Source of the DNA: an uncultured delta proteobacterium
GTDB taxonomy: Bacteria; Desulfobacterota; Desulfobacteria; Desulfobacterales; JAFDCJ01
NCBI GenBank assembly: GCA_963769935.1
Contig: CAVYNY010000013.1
Location: forward strand, 192,001 to 256,000
Reading direction: 5' to 3'
DNA: 64,000 bases
Positions within the stretch are counted from its first letter, which is position 1; the number at the start of each line of letters is the position of its first letter. Made by a program: the position numbers and the translations under genes. Shown piece after piece: positions 17,331 through 27,504 of this stretch. The notes beneath the pieces were generated by a model that did no database searches, was not told the origin of the DNA, and saw only the letters and a list, made by a program, of their open reading frames with translations.

Positions 17331-17553
17331 CTCAGATCATGCCGCTTGGTGCAAAGCCCTGCATTAACTGAATCAAAATTCCTACGCGGCTTTACTTTCG
17401 CGGTGGCGCAAAATACATAACCGCCGCCGAAACCTGTGGCGAGATGTGAGAGCAATCGGTTTATCGGTGTGAGCTGCCATCAATCGATTTTCTTGAAGCT
17501 GAAATGTTTCGACGCTCAATCCAGTGGCACCTCGGTCACCGCTTTTGATCAAT

Positions 17554-17640
17554 TCACTGAAAATTTCCCGGAAAAGCAGCTTCGATTATGTCAAGCTTGG
17601 TCAGAAATATGATGGGGGAGCTGTTGAAAACGACTTTCAT
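17554..17640 (-). pseudogene. Truncated DUF3368-type PIN toxin (28 aa)
   Basis: MKVVFNSSPIIFLTKLDII is a typical PIN N-terminus; ATGA overlap with the upstream UPF0175 gene. Confidence 0.7.
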
Positions 17641-17876
17641 CGCCACTTCACTTCCGTTTCGACATCGCTTCCCTCAAGATAGGAAAATTCCACCCTCATG
17701 GCATCCAGTAATTCAAGAAAGGCTTCCTTTCCCATTCCCATGATTTCGGCGGCTTTCCTGAGACTTACCTGCCGTAGCACCAGAGCACCCGCTACGCCCG
17801 GCAGTTTCTCCAGTTCATCTACCGTCTTGAAAAACGGTAGCTCGCTCGCTATTTCCTTCAACGGGGATGATTCCAT
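17637..17876 (-). CDS. UPF0175-family putative antitoxin (HTH)
   Basis: VSLRKAAEIMGMGKEAFLELL; coupled to the PIN fragment. Confidence 0.8.
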   Translation of the reverse strand: MESSPLKEIASELPFFKTVDELEKLPGVAGALVLRQVSLRKAAEIMGMGKEAFLELLDAMRVEFSYLEGSDVETEVKWR

Positions 17877-18296
17877 TTCTTTTCTTTTCCTTTTGTTTTC
17901 TTAACCCACATTTAACCTTGAGAAATATTCAATATATGGATTTTCCTCCCCGCATGAGATATCAATTTTAGTATGGAGTCCCCAGACTATCTGTGATAGT
18001 TTTCCAAAAACCAATTTTTTTACAGGGCCTACCCTGGGCATGGCCCAGGGGTGGAGCAACACGACATCATCAAGGCCGATGCTGGGCACAAAACCTCTTG
18101 CGGTGATGGAAGAGAAGGTCTTGAAATTGATTTGATAGTTGAATTAAGCGCGACCGGTTATCACAAGGGATGCATGAGACTAAATCCCGTCCCCCTCCCT
18201 TTGCAAAAGGGGCATTGAAATGAGTTTCAGTCTCAGACAGGTGCCCACTGTTTCATGTCGCCGCCACATGGATTACGAAATTTATAGGACTGACCT

Positions 18297-18995
18297 ATGC
18301 TGGGAACCTTCGTCAATACGCTTGCCATCGTCGTGGGGAGTCTCATCGGCCTTTCAGCCAGCCGGTTCATCCCCACGAAAATCACGAATACCCTGATCCA
18401 TGGCGCAGCCTTGGCCGTCATGCTGATTGGCCTCAAAATGGCCTGGAAGGATAATAATTTCATTATTCTCCTTTGCAGTCTGGTCTTCGGAGGTGTCATA
18501 GGAGAACTCATCAGAATCGAGAATCGCATCAACGGTTTAGGCAAATGGCTGGAAGAGAGGTTTTCAAGGTCCGGGGGGAGCATATCGAAGGGTTTTGTTA
18601 CCACCACCCTGCTTTACTGTGTGGGCTCCATGGCCGTCGTGGGCTCATTGGAAAGCGGTCTGACCGGAAACCATGATACCCTGTTCGCCAAGTCAGTGTT
18701 GGATGGGCTGGGATCCATCATCTTTTCGGCATCGCTGGGCATCGGGGTCCTCTTTTCCGCAGCGTCGGTGTTTCTCTACCAGGGATGCATCACCATAGGT
18801 GCGTCTTTCTTGAAGCAGTTCCTGACCGATCCGGTAATATCCCAGATGTCTGCTGTTGGCGGCTTGCTCCTCGTGGCAATGGCTTTCAATATGCTTGGCA
18901 TAGTTAAAATAAAGGTGGCCAATCTGCTTCCCGCCATATTTCTTCCGCTGATCTATTTTATGATAGTACACCTGTTCCGATGGGTGGCCACGTAG
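18297..18995 (+). CDS. DUF554 (YdfK/YqgA) family membrane protein
   Basis: MLGTFVNTLAIVVGSLIG, GFVTTTLLYCVGSM, KSVLDG, KVANLLPA. Confidence 0.9.
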   Translation: MLGTFVNTLAIVVGSLIGLSASRFIPTKITNTLIHGAALAVMLIGLKMAWKDNNFIILLCSLVFGGVIGELIRIENRINGLGKWLEERFSRSGGSISKGFVTTTLLYCVGSMAVVGSLESGLTGNHDTLFAKSVLDGLGSIIFSASLGIGVLFSAASVFLYQGCITIGASFLKQFLTDPVISQMSAVGGLLLVAMAFNMLGIVKIKVANLLPAIFLPLIYFMIVHLFRWVAT

Positions 18996-19074
18996 GGGAC
19001 TAAGGGGACTTTATGCACAAACCGGTAACAAGAATTGCATCTGTTTCCCTTAATTGGCGCGAACCCAAAACAAA

Positions 19075-19282
19075 GATAATTTTCTTTCAACCGATTTCGG
19101 ATTAAAAGAATTTAATGTCAAAAGCAAAAAGGAGCGGGTAAGACGTTATCGCCGGTATGTGTATGAAGCAGGCGTGCTAAACCAACCCGAGAAAGGCAGT
19201 GTCAAAGTCATCGAGGATAAGGCTCTTGAAAAAGAGCGCAGCAGAGAGTTTGAACTCAGCAAAACGGATCGCTTCAGATATC
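19075..19282 (+). pseudogene. Middle fragment of a Y1/RAYT-like transposase
   Basis: LSTDFGLKEF...RRYRRYVYEAG...KTDRFRY, which continues naturally into YRTRYFT at 22868. Confidence 0.65.
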
Positions 19283-19672
19283 CACTTAAGTTATTGAAAT
19301 AATTTATGATGAGTTCTCATCGCCCGGCGTGGATGATTATATCATCGAAGCCAATTATCCGATGGAAATCTACATTTAAAAAATCCACCTCCGGATAAAG
19401 CGGTAAATTATACTTGATTGGGCCAAAAATTTCGACCCCTACTCTAAAACTCTGCATTGACAACAAAGCTCGCTTCCGTTATTAGCTCGGGTATTGATTC
19501 CGATTAATAGACGCCTCAATATGTTGCACTGCAGCTGATGCCGGGACACAATTCACATTTTCCGATTCTTCCACTTCGGGAAAGCAACTTCTTATCTTCC
19601 CACATAGAAAGGTTGCACGAGTTTCTTCATGGCGAAGCGGAATCGATCATTGACAGAGGAGCGTAGACCTTT

Positions 19673-21517
19673 GTGAACGTTCAACTGGATGATTTTGCAC
19701 CGTTCGTGTCTTGGCTCCGGCGTTACCGTTGGGATTACTTTCGGGCCGACCTGAACGCCGGACTAACAGTGGCGGTGGTGGCCGTGCCGCAATCCATGGC
19801 TTATGCACTCATCGCCGGCCTTCCGGTTCAGTACGGCCTTTACGCAGCTATCGTCCCCACAATCGTCGGTTGCCTCTGGGGGAGTTCCGCGCAGCTGATC
19901 ACCGCCCCAACCACGGCCGGCTCTCTGGTGGTGTTCAGCTCGTTGATAGATTTCTTTCAGCCGGGCAGTCCCCAGTTCATTCAACATGCATTTTTCCTGT
20001 CCCTGATGGTGGGCGCGATTCAAATCATAATGGGAATCGCACGGCTGGGCAGGTTGTTGGACTTTGTCTCCCATGCGGTTCTGTTGGGCTTTACTGCCGG
20101 CGCGGCTGTTCTGATTGCCTTTAATCAGCTTCCCAACCTGCTTGGATTGAAGGTTGCGAAAAGCGGTGTGTTTCTGGACACGCTGATTCAGACCGCCGTG
20201 CATCTGCACGAGACGCACCTGGTGACCTTGCTGCTGGGCCTGTTGACTGCGGCGATCATCCTGGCGATCAAGAAAGTCCGGCCGGCATGGCCCGGAACGC
20301 TGATGGCCATGGTGTTGGTGGGGCTTGTGGTGGGCATATTTGATTTGGCTGACCGCGGCGTCAGCGTGGTGGGAGCAATACCCCGCAGTCTGCCGCCTTT
20401 CAGCTTTCCGGATGTCTCCGTAGGTAATGAAGCTGGTCTGCTTGCCCAGGATGCACTGGCGATCGCAATATTGGGGCTGGTTGAGTCCGTTTCGATTGCC
20501 AAAGCCATTGCCGGCCAGACCCATCAGCGCCTGAACATCAATCGGGAATTCATCGGCCGGGGGCTGGCCAACCTGGCCGGCGGGATTTTCAGCGGCTATC
20601 CTGCCGGCGGATCCTTTATCCGGTCGGCCGTGAATTTTCGCTCGGGCGGGAAAACGCCCATGAGTGGCGTGATCTCGGGCGTGGCGGTGGCCTTGACCGT
20701 CATTGCGGCGGCACCTTTGGCCGGCCATCTGCCGCGGTCAGCTCTGGCCGGCGTCCTGCTGGTGATCGCTTACGAAATGATCCGCAAAGATGACATCAAG
20801 CGCACCATTCGGGCGACCCGCAGTGATGGAATGGTGCTGATCGTTACTTTTTTGTCCGCTCTGCTGTTGAGCATCGAGTTTTCGGTCTATGTCGGCGTCC
20901 TGCTGTCCATTGGGTTGCATCTGGCCAAAACCTCTCATCCCAGAATCTACTCCACCGTACCGGATTTAAGCACCGGTAAAATGGAGGGATCGGTCTACGG
21001 AGAAATTTGCTGCCAGATGGATATCGTTTGCATCGAAGGGTCCATTTTCTTCGGTTCGGCAGCTTACGTTCTGGAGGATCTCCAGCGACGGTTGCGCAAC
21101 CATCCCGATATGGCCAATCTGCTGCTGCGTATGCGCCAGGTCAACACTATGGATGCCAGCGGGGTGCACGCCTTGGAGATCCTGCTCGAGGAGGTGCGGG
21201 AACGGGGCGGCAGCCTGTTTTTTTCGGCTTTGAATCCGCGCGTGTTCGACGTGCTCAAGAACTCCGGCTTCCTGAAAGAAGTGGGGGAACCTCATGTGCG
21301 GACGTCGACCCGGGGGGCCATCCGTCAAGCCATGCGGGAGAATTTCTGCCCCGTCATCTGCGCCGCCTGTGAGTTTGTGGTTTTTACGGAATGCCTCGAG
21401 CTCAAGCAGGGGAACTGGGGAATTTTCGGGAAGGATGTTCAACCCAGATTGTGCGTCTTGCCCAATGTGGAAAAAGAAGCAAGGCCCGGCCGGCGAACTC
21501 TTGAGCCTCGACCCTGA
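19673..21517 (+). CDS. SulP/SLC26 family anion transporter with STAS domain and Cys-rich tail
   Basis: DLNAGLTVAVVAVPQSMAYALIAGLP, GSFIRSAVN, GSIFFGSA, VNTMDASG, CPVICAACEFVVFTEC. Confidence 0.95.
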   Translation: MNVQLDDFAPFVSWLRRYRWDYFRADLNAGLTVAVVAVPQSMAYALIAGLPVQYGLYAAIVPTIVGCLWGSSAQLITAPTTAGSLVVFSSLIDFFQPGSPQFIQHAFFLSLMVGAIQIIMGIARLGRLLDFVSHAVLLGFTAGAAVLIAFNQLPNLLGLKVAKSGVFLDTLIQTAVHLHETHLVTLLLGLLTAAIILAIKKVRPAWPGTLMAMVLVGLVVGIFDLADRGVSVVGAIPRSLPPFSFPDVSVGNEAGLLAQDALAIAILGLVESVSIAKAIAGQTHQRLNINREFIGRGLANLAGGIFSGYPAGGSFIRSAVNFRSGGKTPMSGVISGVAVALTVIAAAPLAGHLPRSALAGVLLVIAYEMIRKDDIKRTIRATRSDGMVLIVTFLSALLLSIEFSVYVGVLLSIGLHLAKTSHPRIYSTVPDLSTGKMEGSVYGEICCQMDIVCIEGSIFFGSAAYVLEDLQRRLRNHPDMANLLLRMRQVNTMDASGVHALEILLEEVRERGGSLFFSALNPRVFDVLKNSGFLKEVGEPHVRTSTRGAIRQAMRENFCPVICAACEFVVFTECLELKQGNWGIFGKDVQPRLCVLPNVEKEARPGRRTLEPRP

Positions 21518-21739
21518 ACAGCGAGTATTGTCCTTGGTCCGTTGGTATTGAGTTTGACAGCATGTGCGAACTTGAGGATACGGTCGGCCCAATCGATATG
21601 GATCATTTGATTTCGGCCAACTCATAAGCAACTTTCACGGACGGCTGACATAGTCGAACGCCGCAAGTCAACGCTAAAATCAATACTGCGGAAGTACGTA
21701 GATATTTGAAAATCCCATCAATCAATCGGCTGTTGGCGG

Positions 21740-22720
21740 ATGGGGATCTGTGAATTTCTTGAGAGGACCCTGCGCGTGTTGAAGATCATGGTATATACCG
21801 ACGGCAAGCCGGTCGCTGCGTCGGCGCTGCGCTTTTCCGCCGGCTTGGCAGCGCGTCTGTCGGCTGAGATGGCGGTAGGCACGGTTCGCCCGGGCACCTA
21901 TGCCGCGGAAGAGCCGCCTCCCCTGGGGGTCGAATTCCCTTTCAGCAGGCAGCAAGACCTGCCGGTTGGCATCCAGATTCTGGTTCAGGCGGCGGAGTTG
22001 CTCACGGAAGAAGGCTTTCTCAGGCCCCAGGCAAACCTGACCATCCGCGATGTCCCCAATGGACACATTTTCGTCGGCACCACGCTTTCCGGCCAGCGGG
22101 TGCCATTCTATGAGCTTTTCGGCCCTTTTATCGACGTGTTGAACCACGAAGTGGCCGAGCGCCATTACAATCTGCTGGTCATTGCTGCACCCCGGCGCAG
22201 TACTTTTGATCGTTTTGCGATGGGGAATCCAACTCGAAAACTGGCGCTGGATCTGCACAGTTCCATGCTGGTAGTGCGCGGCGGGCGACTCGACGGCCGC
22301 TTGCTGGTCTGCACCGACGGTTCGCCCTCGGCACGACGCCAGTTTCCCATGTTGCGAGACCTGCTGCCGGCTTTGACGCAACCGGTCGAGTTGGTGTGCG
22401 TGCAAAAATCCTCGGCTCCCGAAGACGAGGTTCGCCAGGCCGACGAGTGCCTGCAACATGCGCAATCCTGGTTGGCGAACTGCGGCAAAAACGCCGTCGT
22501 GCACAAATTGAAGGGCGATCGGCCTCTGGAGCTGATTTTGGAATCTGCCGGCAATGATTCCGTGATCATGATGGGCGCAAGTCTGCGCCACGACCTGTAT
22601 CGTCACACCCGGGGCAGTCTTTGCATGCAGGTGCTGGCACAAACGGAATCCAGCGTGTTGCTGGTCAATCTTCCGCCGGAGGCTGATACGGACTACTTTA
22701 AAGATCCGTTTACCTGCTGA
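21740..22720 (+). CDS. Tandem universal stress protein (true start may be ~21777)
   Basis: KIMVYTDG and RLLVCTDGS repeats, MGNPTRKLA...SMLVVR, GSLCMQVL...SVLLV. Confidence 0.85.
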   Translation: MGICEFLERTLRVLKIMVYTDGKPVAASALRFSAGLAARLSAEMAVGTVRPGTYAAEEPPPLGVEFPFSRQQDLPVGIQILVQAAELLTEEGFLRPQANLTIRDVPNGHIFVGTTLSGQRVPFYELFGPFIDVLNHEVAERHYNLLVIAAPRRSTFDRFAMGNPTRKLALDLHSSMLVVRGGRLDGRLLVCTDGSPSARRQFPMLRDLLPALTQPVELVCVQKSSAPEDEVRQADECLQHAQSWLANCGKNAVVHKLKGDRPLELILESAGNDSVIMMGASLRHDLYRHTRGSLCMQVLAQTESSVLLVNLPPEADTDYFKDPFTC

Positions 22721-22740
22721 CTCTCAGTGGGGTTTCAGAT

Positions 22741-22850
22741 TTAGATTCCTCGGAGCATCACCAGGGCCAATGAGACCAGCGCCGGAATCAGAGCAGTGAT
22801 CTCGTGAAAGCCAACCGACTCGTTAAGTATCCGGCTGCTGCTCGGCACCC
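22741..22850 (-). pseudogene. C-terminal fragment of a membrane protein (EamA/DMT-like)
   Basis: SSSRILNESVGFHEITALIPALVSLALVMLRGI* resembles the last EamA helix. Confidence 0.3.
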
Positions 22851-22867
22851 CAATCAACGGAATCGAG

Positions 22868-23012
22868 TATCGTACGCGCTATTTTACGGTTTCGGGCATT
22901 ATCGGTTCAAAGGAGTTTGTTTCGGCAAATTACCAGCGGTTTAGGAATCTGTTCTATTCAAAACACGAAAAGAAGCCAAAACCGATCAGGGGATTGGATG
23001 GGATGTATTCAT
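22868..23012 (+). pseudogene. C-terminal fragment of a Y1/RAYT-like transposase
   Basis: YRTRYFTVSGIIGSKEFVSANYQRFRNLFYSKHEKKPKPIRGLDGMYS; near-identical to ~15596-15737. Confidence 0.7.
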
Positions 23013-23735
23013 CATAATATGCAGGTTCCAATCGTTGAGCGAAAATATCTCTTTGCAAATTGCCCTCGCCATTATTTTAATTGATTACCGATTTGCGATC
23101 TTTGGTTGAAGAGCTGTTTTCCTGTCCGGCAGCACCAGTTTTGTTAGCAGCGGGAAGCTCTGAGTTACTCAAAAATTATCTTAAAATCGACGTCTTTCAT
23201 TCGATAATGCCGGCACACTCTTATTTTCAGCCAAATCGATGGAATCATTTAGTGTCAAAATTTGATTACGGCCGGATATCTGGAACTATGCCCGGTTATC
23301 TTGAATTTGCCAAATGATGGTTTAAGAAAAAATGAGACACCTTCTGTATTTCAAGATCTGCTGCATTCAGGCTTATTCTTTTATTTCCGAGTGTCTCAGG
23401 TTCGGACAAGGTCCGATAATTATTTTTTATGTTAACTTTTGCGTGATTTTTACCACCCGCTTGCAGGCGATGAGCGGCAATGGTGGGCGTTTTTTACGGC
23501 ACGCTTCAAGATTAAACACATTCCCTTTCCGTAGTATTCCTGATACTATTCTCATAGGTTTGGACAAACCTGTGATCCAAAATAAATATCACAAAAGGAA
23601 GAACGACTGGAATCAGAGTGCGCGGTCAGATCTGTCACACTATTACTATTAGATTGGTCCAAACTGACACAGGGGCTTTGGATGTCATAGCGCCGGTTTC
23701 AAGTATGTCCTCAAGCCGCACTAATAAGATGTTGA

Positions 23736-26510
23736 TTATTCAAATTTTATTCGATCAGATAATCCCAAATCATCGAGAATCTGCCTGAGTTCAGTCTCAA
23801 AACTCTTGGCAATACCGGTTTCCATGCTCACAGAAAAATCAATCCCGATTTTAAGATCGGTTCCGCTGCGTAATTTTGGCAACACCTTCGTACCGAACCG
23901 ATTCCACACCTCGGGCGGCACATTGCCGATAATCCGGAATGTTTTTAGGCTGGGACCAGCTCCAGGCTCCGTTTCTGGTTCCGGGCCTAAAGGCTGTTCC
24001 GGTTCAGGTTCGGGTTCTGGAATAGGTTCAGGACCACCGCCAGGAATGGGTTCGGTTTCTATCTTTAAGGACTTTGCTTTTGACTTTAAGAGCAAGAAAA
24101 CACCGGATTCGAAGCTGATCTCATCGGAAGCCAAGGGTTCATTAAACCAGATCCGCTCATATCCACCGTCAGGTTTCTTCCCCGATGCCAGGCCGAAATC
24201 TCTCTTTAAAACAAACTCGACGATCTTGGACCCGAAGAACCGCGTCAGGGTCAACGAGGCGCGTGAGCGACCCATTGAGGAAGCTCTGCCGCAGGCTCGC
24301 CAGCGGCCAGGCCCCAGACTCTTTCAACGCAGGTGGCCAGTTACGCTCAATGTAGCCGGCACCGACGGACTCGTTGAACAGCGCCTCTGACTTCAGCGCT
24401 GCGAGAACGCGTCCACAAAGGGTCTCCCGCCACTGGAATGCCCGGCGCCGAGGTCAATGACCTTGAGGCCATCGGGCTCCTGGCCGTCAGCGACGACCGC
24501 AAAGCGGAAGCCTCCCCACACTTCGTCCTTCGCGGCCCCCTCTTCGGCGTCCTGGTCACTTTGGCCTGCAGGTCCGCGCGGTCGGCAGGTCGAAATCTCC
24601 GCCGAGGGTGCCGTCAGTAACCTCACTTGTGCCACGCGCTTCCACGCGAGCCACACTCGACTTTTTCGCGGAGATCCCGTCCGGGCTTCTTCAAGCACCA
24701 GACCAGCGCTCCCGGATAGAGTCTGCGGCGATTTTCCCCGCTGTTCTTCGTCCAATCGGCAATCTGTTCCCGCAGGGCTCCGCCCGCCGTCCATTCCAGA
24801 ATCCGGGTCGAATACGACCAGTGTCAATCTCGGCGTGTCCTGCATCGGCAGCCCCGTCTGCCGGGAAACGGGGCCACTGGGAATGGTCGCGCCGCTTACG
24901 GAACTCGTCCTCGACGATGCCTGCGATCGCCGGCTTGATCTCGGTCTCGTCGTCGAGCGACGCCCGGCGATCGCTGACCACCTTCTTCATTGTCGGTTGG
25001 TAGCCGATGCGGAAGCCGTCGGTGCCGGCCTGCTGATGAAATAGGACTTATCCTCGAGCGCATACGCGGCGTTATCGATCGAGGTCGTGTCCAGCTCCGG
25101 CTCTCCCAGCGCGAACCGCAGCTCGGGCAGGTGCGCGACCTTGTCCGTCTGCCCGCCGGAGGATTCGAACAGGATCGTGGTGCCGACGCGCCGATGGATG
25201 TCCTCGCAGCGGCCCCTGGGTGTCGGCGTCGAGCGCCCGTGCGTGCGCCTGCTCGCCCGAAATATCCGTATCAATGGCCGCGACGAGGCGCGATTCACCG
25301 AGCTGGCCGAGCACGACGCTTCGGAAATCCGGGCTCGTCGAGCGGGGCCGATCCCAGCGTGATCAATGGCTCGCGTACGCGCCTCGCGTAAACCCTCCTG
25401 CGTACGGCCAGCGAGACCCACTGCGCGAGCATCGCCAGCGTGCCGCGCGTCTGCTGGTACTGCTGCAGGGCCTGCCATTTCCGTTGGAACACCGAGAGCG
25501 TCGCCGGATGAAAGGGGTAGCAGGCCTCGAAGCGGCGCTGGAGAAATTCGCGCGCCTTGGCCTCCGTGCCGCCGAGTCCACCGCCGTCCATTCCGGCGGG
25601 AGCTGCGCGCGCCGCTCGAAGCACCAGTCGCCGAATGCCTTGGCGACGTTCCGTCGAATCTGCTCGCTCCCGAGGTCCTGGAATAGGCGCCGCCGGACGA
25701 CCTCGCTGATCTCGGTCTCGTCGTTGGCGATAAGGTCTTTCGCGACGCGTCGCACGACCTTGGCGATCCTGTCCTGCCACTCCTGGTCCCACTCGGTCAT
25801 CTCGACCTGGCTGCGCGGCAGGCTGATCACGCACGCGCCATGGGTGGTGCCGGTCGTCGCGACGGTCAGGTTCTGGATAAAGGCGTGAAACGAGTCTGCG
25901 CTGCCCGGTGCCGATTGAGGTAGTTCAGCACCTCGTCGAAGAGCAGCAGCACCGGCCCGCCAGCGGCCTGGAACACGCGAGCGATCGATTCGGTGCCTGG
26001 CGGCGTCGTCTTGCCGCGGACCGAGCGCCTCGACACCCTTGTCGCCCGCGAGCTGTCGCGCAACATCGATCCACGGCGTCTCGCGCCCCGCCTGCGGGTC
26101 CCACGCATTGCCCACGAACACGGCCACCTTGGCCTCGGGCACGGACGGGATCCCGGCCTCCCGCACCAGGTCCGCCACCCCGGTGTACCCGGCCGCCGAT
26201 TCGCCGTTCTTAGCCAGGTGGTAGAGCGTAGTCAGCGTGTGCGTCTTGCCGCCGCCGAACTGGGTGATGAGAGTCAGCACCGGCGCCGTATTATCGGTCT
26301 CGCCGGCGAGTCGCCGAAGCACCATGCCCGCATGCTCGCTCAGCGCCCGGGTGAAACAGGTGCGCGCGAAGAACTCCCGGGCTCGCGATAGTCCTCGGGC
26401 GCCGTGCCGGCCACGACCTGCTCCAGCGCGATGGCGAACTCGTCGGGGTTGAAGGAGCGCCCTTCGCGGACCTCCTTCCGCGGCGTGGCAACCTTGTACC
26501 AGGGTTCCAT
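23736..26510 (-). pseudogene. DUF499 AAA+ ATPase, many frameshifts (true decay or sequencing indels)
   Basis: MEPWYKVATPRKEVREGRSFNPDEFAI, Walker A TQFGGGKTHTL, LLLFDEVLNY, CYPFHP, YQQTRGTL spread across frames. Confidence 0.85.
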
Positions 26511-26521
26511 TCGGTGATCTC

Positions 26522-27488
26522 CTAAGGTCTCTGCATGCGGGCGAACAGCGTCCGCCGCCGGCTCCTTCAGCCGCGCGAGGTTGGCATACGCCAGCGGCGC
26601 GAATCCGCGGTCGCCGTCGTAGAGCCGGTAGCGAATGCCGTCGGTGACGATGACATCGCAGGCTACGCCGAGCGCCTTCACGTAGCCCTGTGCCTGCTCC
26701 AGGGCACCTTCGACCCCGGCTCCCAGGCGCTTCGCCTCGATCACGAAGCGGCAATCTCCGGGGTGCGCGGCAGCGAGCCAAACACCGACACGTCGATGTA
26801 CCGCCACTTTACCGCGAGACGCTCGGGTGGCCAGCCGAGCGCGCGCAGGAACGGCACCACGAAGTGGACGATCAGCTCGTCCTCGGTCGGCAGCTCGCCG
26901 AAACTCTGGCTGTTCCTGATATCAGCGGGACCAGATCGGCCGCCTGCGCCACGAGTCCTGCGAGGCACGCTGGCAACTCTTCGAGCACCGGCTCTTCCGG
27001 CCGGCAACTCCGGCAGCGGGGGCGGCCTGCCAGTGGGTCGGCGGCGAGTTCAGAAAGCGCTCTGCGAAATCTACCACCTCTTCGTTCCATACCCGCGAGC
27101 ATCGCGGTAGGGTTGGCTCCGAAGACGGCGCTACCGAAGTCATATTCCCGCCGGCAATTTCCCCCACCTGACACGTCGGGCATGCTGCAGGTCCCAGCCG
27201 TTCACATCGTCGAACGCGTTTAAATACAGATAGTCACCTGCGACGATACCAACGGCCGATATGCTGGCTATTCCGGTACGAAGAAGAAGCGCGTCCCCGG
27301 CTTGCATCTCGCTCGCAAAGCGCCGGACAAAGCTGCCCTCGAATTCATCGTCGGATCGTTCCGCTTTCCACGGTCCTGCGTCTCCCGGGCCGATCAGCGC
27401 GACACCGTGCTTCAAAAACACATCAGCGTAGGACCGTGAAGCCGGGCACCCGCGAGAGCTGCCAGATAGAGCGGTTGGGCATAGCCAT
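26522..27488 (-). pseudogene. Two-domain protein with C-terminal PD-(D/E)xK (HsdR-N-like) nuclease, frameshifted
   Basis: VVPFLRALGW...YIDVSVF...FVIEAKRLG...ALEQAQGY...IVTDGIRYRLY. N-terminus FASEMQAGDALLLR...AVGIVAGDY...RRVRW. Confidence 0.7.
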
Positions 27489-27504
27489 TGAATTTGCCTT
27501 GTTT

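Noticed and set aside
23081..23652. 78-aa and 106-aa ORFs upstream of the defence block
   Set aside because: No RBS or motif support and atypical composition.
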